A stretch of 63,193 nt of DNA, filler included, from Rhabdomonas costata (Eukaryota): NCBI GenBank assembly GCA_019059605.1. It is 31 parts of 31 records of this genome, joined end to end, with 100 filler letters (N's around TTAATTAATTAA, not from the genome) between each part and the next. Parts side by side here need not be neighbours in the genome. Positions count along the whole stretch, not along the records: positions 59,212 to 61,152 come from JAHMHO010007146.1; positions 61,253 to 63,193 come from JAHMHO010007147.1; 29 more parts are not named here. One strand, written 5' to 3'. A model generated the notes under the pieces. It saw nothing but the letters and a program-made list of their open reading frames with translations. It did no database searches and had not been told where the DNA came from. How positions within the stretch are numbered: the first letter of the stretch is position 1; each line of letters starts with the position of its first letter. A program made the position numbers and the translations under genes. Positions 60,071 through 63,193 of this stretch are shown piece after piece.

Positions 60071-60494
60071 TTAGGCGGGGGCGTCGTCTGCAGATCCGAC
60101 CTGGGCCAGCTTCGCCTTCAGCTCTGCGACCTGGGCGCGGAGCTCTTCGTTCTCTTTCTTGAGTTGCTCGAAGTCTGAATGGAAACAATAGAACAAGATA
60201 CTCTGTGTCAGTTTTCTGCCAGTGCAACGATAAATCAGGTTTGGTTTACGGACTCTTGGGCATTCTTTCACAGAATCACAAGTTCTTGACAATTGTCGAA
60301 AGCATCTACCCAGATAAAACACCACCAAAACGCGGAAACACAGCGCCACAACCACTCTGAGAATGCCCGCCGAGAGCCTTCTTGATGAACTCCACCGGCT
60401 TGTCGGGCCGCTCCGGCTCTTCGTACAAAGTCACAAGCACTTTTGTAAGGGCATCAATAACACTGCTCTTCTCCAGGTACTTTCTGAACTCCTC
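60071..60494 (-). CDS. MYCBP: c-Myc-binding protein (AMY-1) homologue, last two exons
   Basis: Exon 60494-60353 (EEFRKYLEKSSVIDALTKVLVTLYEEPERPDKPVEFIKKALGG) and exon 60174-60071 (DFEQLKKENEELRAQVAELKAKLAQ...stop), joined GT-AG in phase 1. First exon not identified. Confidence 0.92.
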
Positions 60495-63193
60495 CTGAAT
60501 TTCAAAAACCCAAAGAGATCGGGAAAGCACCGGCCAAAGCACAATGATAATTCTCGGTGCCTCCCCTGACGTAATCAATCCCAGCACCAGCACCTCGTGT
60601 TCCCTCTTGAGGTTGAGACTCTATATGAGATTGATTCTCCTGTGTCCCTCGTTGTGTTTGTGTATTTGTTCTGAGAATGACATGGATTCAGTCCGAGTGT
60701 ACAGCCTCCCGAAACGGTTTTGAGGGGCCCACTGCACATAGAAAGGACCCGGGCGTGCTTCGGCTTTTCCCTGAGACCATTTTATATTTCATTTTAAAGC
60801 AAGACGGCGGAACAAACTCCGTCCAAGGAGCTGCGCCGTTTGCTCTGCCAGGTACTACCCCGTTTTCTCCATGGCCATCGGCCTTCGCGCCGCCTCCTTT
60901 TGACCGATGCACCCGCAGTCAACCTCTCTAAAATAATCCCCCATTCCAGAACTGACGCAACTGACGACGACCCGTCTTTTAGCATATCCATTTTCAGGCG
61001 GCACACCCTGTTTCTTAGCCGCAGAATTGTTAAAAGAATAACGGACATTTACAACCTCCGGGCAATTGCTGGGCAATTTTGAGCAACTTTTTATTGGCCT
61101 ATTGGTTGGTCCTGTGGCGACCCTACAAACCTGCAAACCTTCAACCACAACCNNNNNNNNNNNNNNNNNNNNNNNNNNNNNNNNNNNNNNNNNNNNTTAA
61201 TTAATTAANNNNNNNNNNNNNNNNNNNNNNNNNNNNNNNNNNNNNNNNNNNNTTGTGTTTGTATATATATGTATCGCCACCAGGACCTTTGGGGGCGATA
61301 CATATATATACAGACACATACATATATATACAGAGATCACAAGTACACGGAAGAGCAAAGAATCGGGACACCCAACGCAGGTTAGGTGTCCCGATTCTTT
61401 GCTGCTATTTTGCTTTTTCTTCGGTGGTGCGAAAACCGTCTGAGAAATAGAAATCTGCCTCTCAAGGAGGAAGGGAACCCTTCGACACTGAAAACTGTGT
61501 TCGAGATCAATTCCAGCGTAACCTGACAACCCGTGTCCCGCTGGGCCTTCCAAATGTGCAGAGGTACTTTAAGGTGAAAATCTAGGCTGCGCGCACCGCG
61601 CTCCTTGCCCCTGTGTTTCAGAGTGTCTTGATAATGTAAGGAGGCCAACGTGAAGCAACCCCGCAAAACCTGTTTGTCCAAATCAAACAAAGCAGTCGGC
61701 GGCTAATAAGGAGCAACGGACAAGGTGCACTGTTTCAGCAAAAAAAAACACCAACATTTACCTTGCCGAGTTCCTCGCCCAGGAGGGTCCACAGAAGCCA
61801 CATCGACTCTGTCGGGTCCGCGGCAAGCGCGAGATCCAGCACGGCCTGCGTGCAGTGCCACCCAAGCAGCAGCAAAAACACCACGTTGCGACTCGCAACC
61901 ACCGTGCCGCCGTCGCAGAAGGGCACGGGCCGGAACAGGAAGTGGTACTCCGCCAGAGCCCACCTGGGAATCATCATGGGAAAACCAAAACACGAGATGG
62001 AGCACTCCATCCCCCACTTGAAGTGAACGCGACACCGTTCTTCTTGCGTTGGAGGTGTTCCCCCTACCAGATGTTTCCGGTTAAATCGATGCGTTTTCCT
62101 TCATTTTTGCGCAGGGTCACGCAACGGAAGCAAAGCACTGACATTGGGCATAGACCCGGTGCAGTGTATGTTTCCGTTCCTGCGAGTCTGGGTGTTGTGG
62201 TTGGCGGAATTATTTATTGCTAACCTGTGTCCACTGCGGTTGGGATGCCAAGAGCACGGGAGGGAGGGCAAATAAATCCGAACTGGGTCTGCTTCAACGC
62301 GGGAGGTTTTGAATAGGATCGAGAAATTACAAAAATAGCGAGCTGAACCAGCACCTTTCTAAAACGACCAGGGTCAATGTCCAGCGACGGAGTCCTCCAC
62401 ACAGAACGGCGGCACGAAAACAAAAAAGAGTGAGGCACAAAGGAAGGGGGGGGGGCTTCGTTGGAGATGCGCACGTGCAGGCATGATAAGGCACGAAAAG
62501 GAGCTTGGTAGGGGATGAGGGACAGGATCCAAAACTCCTGGCGGCACTGGGATTGGGGCACATCAGGTGAGGGAAGGCGGGAGGTGGGTGGTCTGGGATA
62601 AGCCACAGCGCGCACCCAGCGAGCATAGAGCGCAGCAGGGCCTCCAGCAGGAGATGCCACGGCAGCAGGCACAGGGACTCCAGGGGGCACACCGGGACGC
62701 GCAGCCATTGTGCAGTGGACCCCATTCGGGGGTCGACGGCACAACGAAACGACGCGGGAAAAATAAACACCCACGCGACACACTTGGGAATACTTGTGAG
62801 GTATACAGATATAAAACACAAAACACACAGAAGTCACACCACACCTGAGAACCGAAAGGATGAAAGCGGACGAAATAAGCCAAGCCTTTTTCTTATTTTA
62901 AGGCCTAAGCCTTATTATTATATCATAACGGTAAAGAACTGATTAGTTCTACTGCCTGCTCGGACTCATATCAGTTCTTCAAACGGATGATGAGACATAT
63001 GCAGGAGATGTGCTGCTCTCTCCCGTCGGTTTGACGCACCCCTCTATGTTCTGCAAAACTCTGGAGCCCTTTCATTCCGCTGTACCGTATTCCCTTCACT
63101 GTGTACACTGGTGAACTTCACTGCATAGCTAATGTCCCAGACGCATTCCGTATGGGCACAACCAATCTGGTTAAACCATGAGCCAACACCCCC

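Noticed and set aside
1948-61252. Regularly spaced TTAATTAATTAA palindrome every ~2.04 kb, and ORFs ending in X...LIN
   Set aside because: Artificial six-frame-stop spacer between concatenated contigs. It is not a repeat array or CRISPR, and adjacency across spacers carries no gene-neighbourhood information.
6124-63193. Most ORF-track entries, and exon-like stretches in contigs 4, 5, 7, 9, 13, 18, 20, 22, 26, 28 and 31
   Set aside because: The ORFs are mostly antisense or intron read-through frames. Several exons are probably real, but I could not fix the frame or assign a family with confidence.
1-63193. rRNA, tRNA, spliced-leader RNA or snRNA genes
   Set aside because: None recognised by eye; an Infernal/tRNAscan search would be needed to exclude them.

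Overview
This window is not one locus. It is 31 unrelated contigs of about 1.94 kb, each joined by an artificial 100-nt spacer (44 N + TTAATTAATTAA + 44 N), so nothing can be inferred across spacers. The DNA is eukaryotic and intron-rich (GT-AG and apparently GC-AG introns, interstitial TTAGGG repeats). It is probably from a euglenozoan/euglenid-like protist; that assignment is inference only. G/T-rich primer remnants and fold-back hairpins at contig ends point to whole-genome amplification. Recognisable spliced gene fragments: a Bacteroidetes-type AIR synthase (PurM-like), the C-terminal membrane region of a chitin synthase, a histidine kinase, TMEM94, MYCBP, an SLC49/FLVCR-type MFS transporter, an alpha/beta hydrolase, a filamin-repeat protein and an Mrp/HCF101-like ATPase. 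Mobile DNA: decayed Ty3/gypsy LTR retrotransposons, an intron-containing Helitron Rep-helicase and a MITE-like element. The most striking observation is in contigs 1 and 2. Two diverged copies of a Ty3/gypsy-type element carry an acidic linker plus a DIRS-type N6-adenine DNA methyltransferase domain. It lies downstream of the integrase zinc finger in contig 2 and just upstream of a candidate PPT/3' LTR in contig 1. All family assignments are by eye from motifs; no database search was run.
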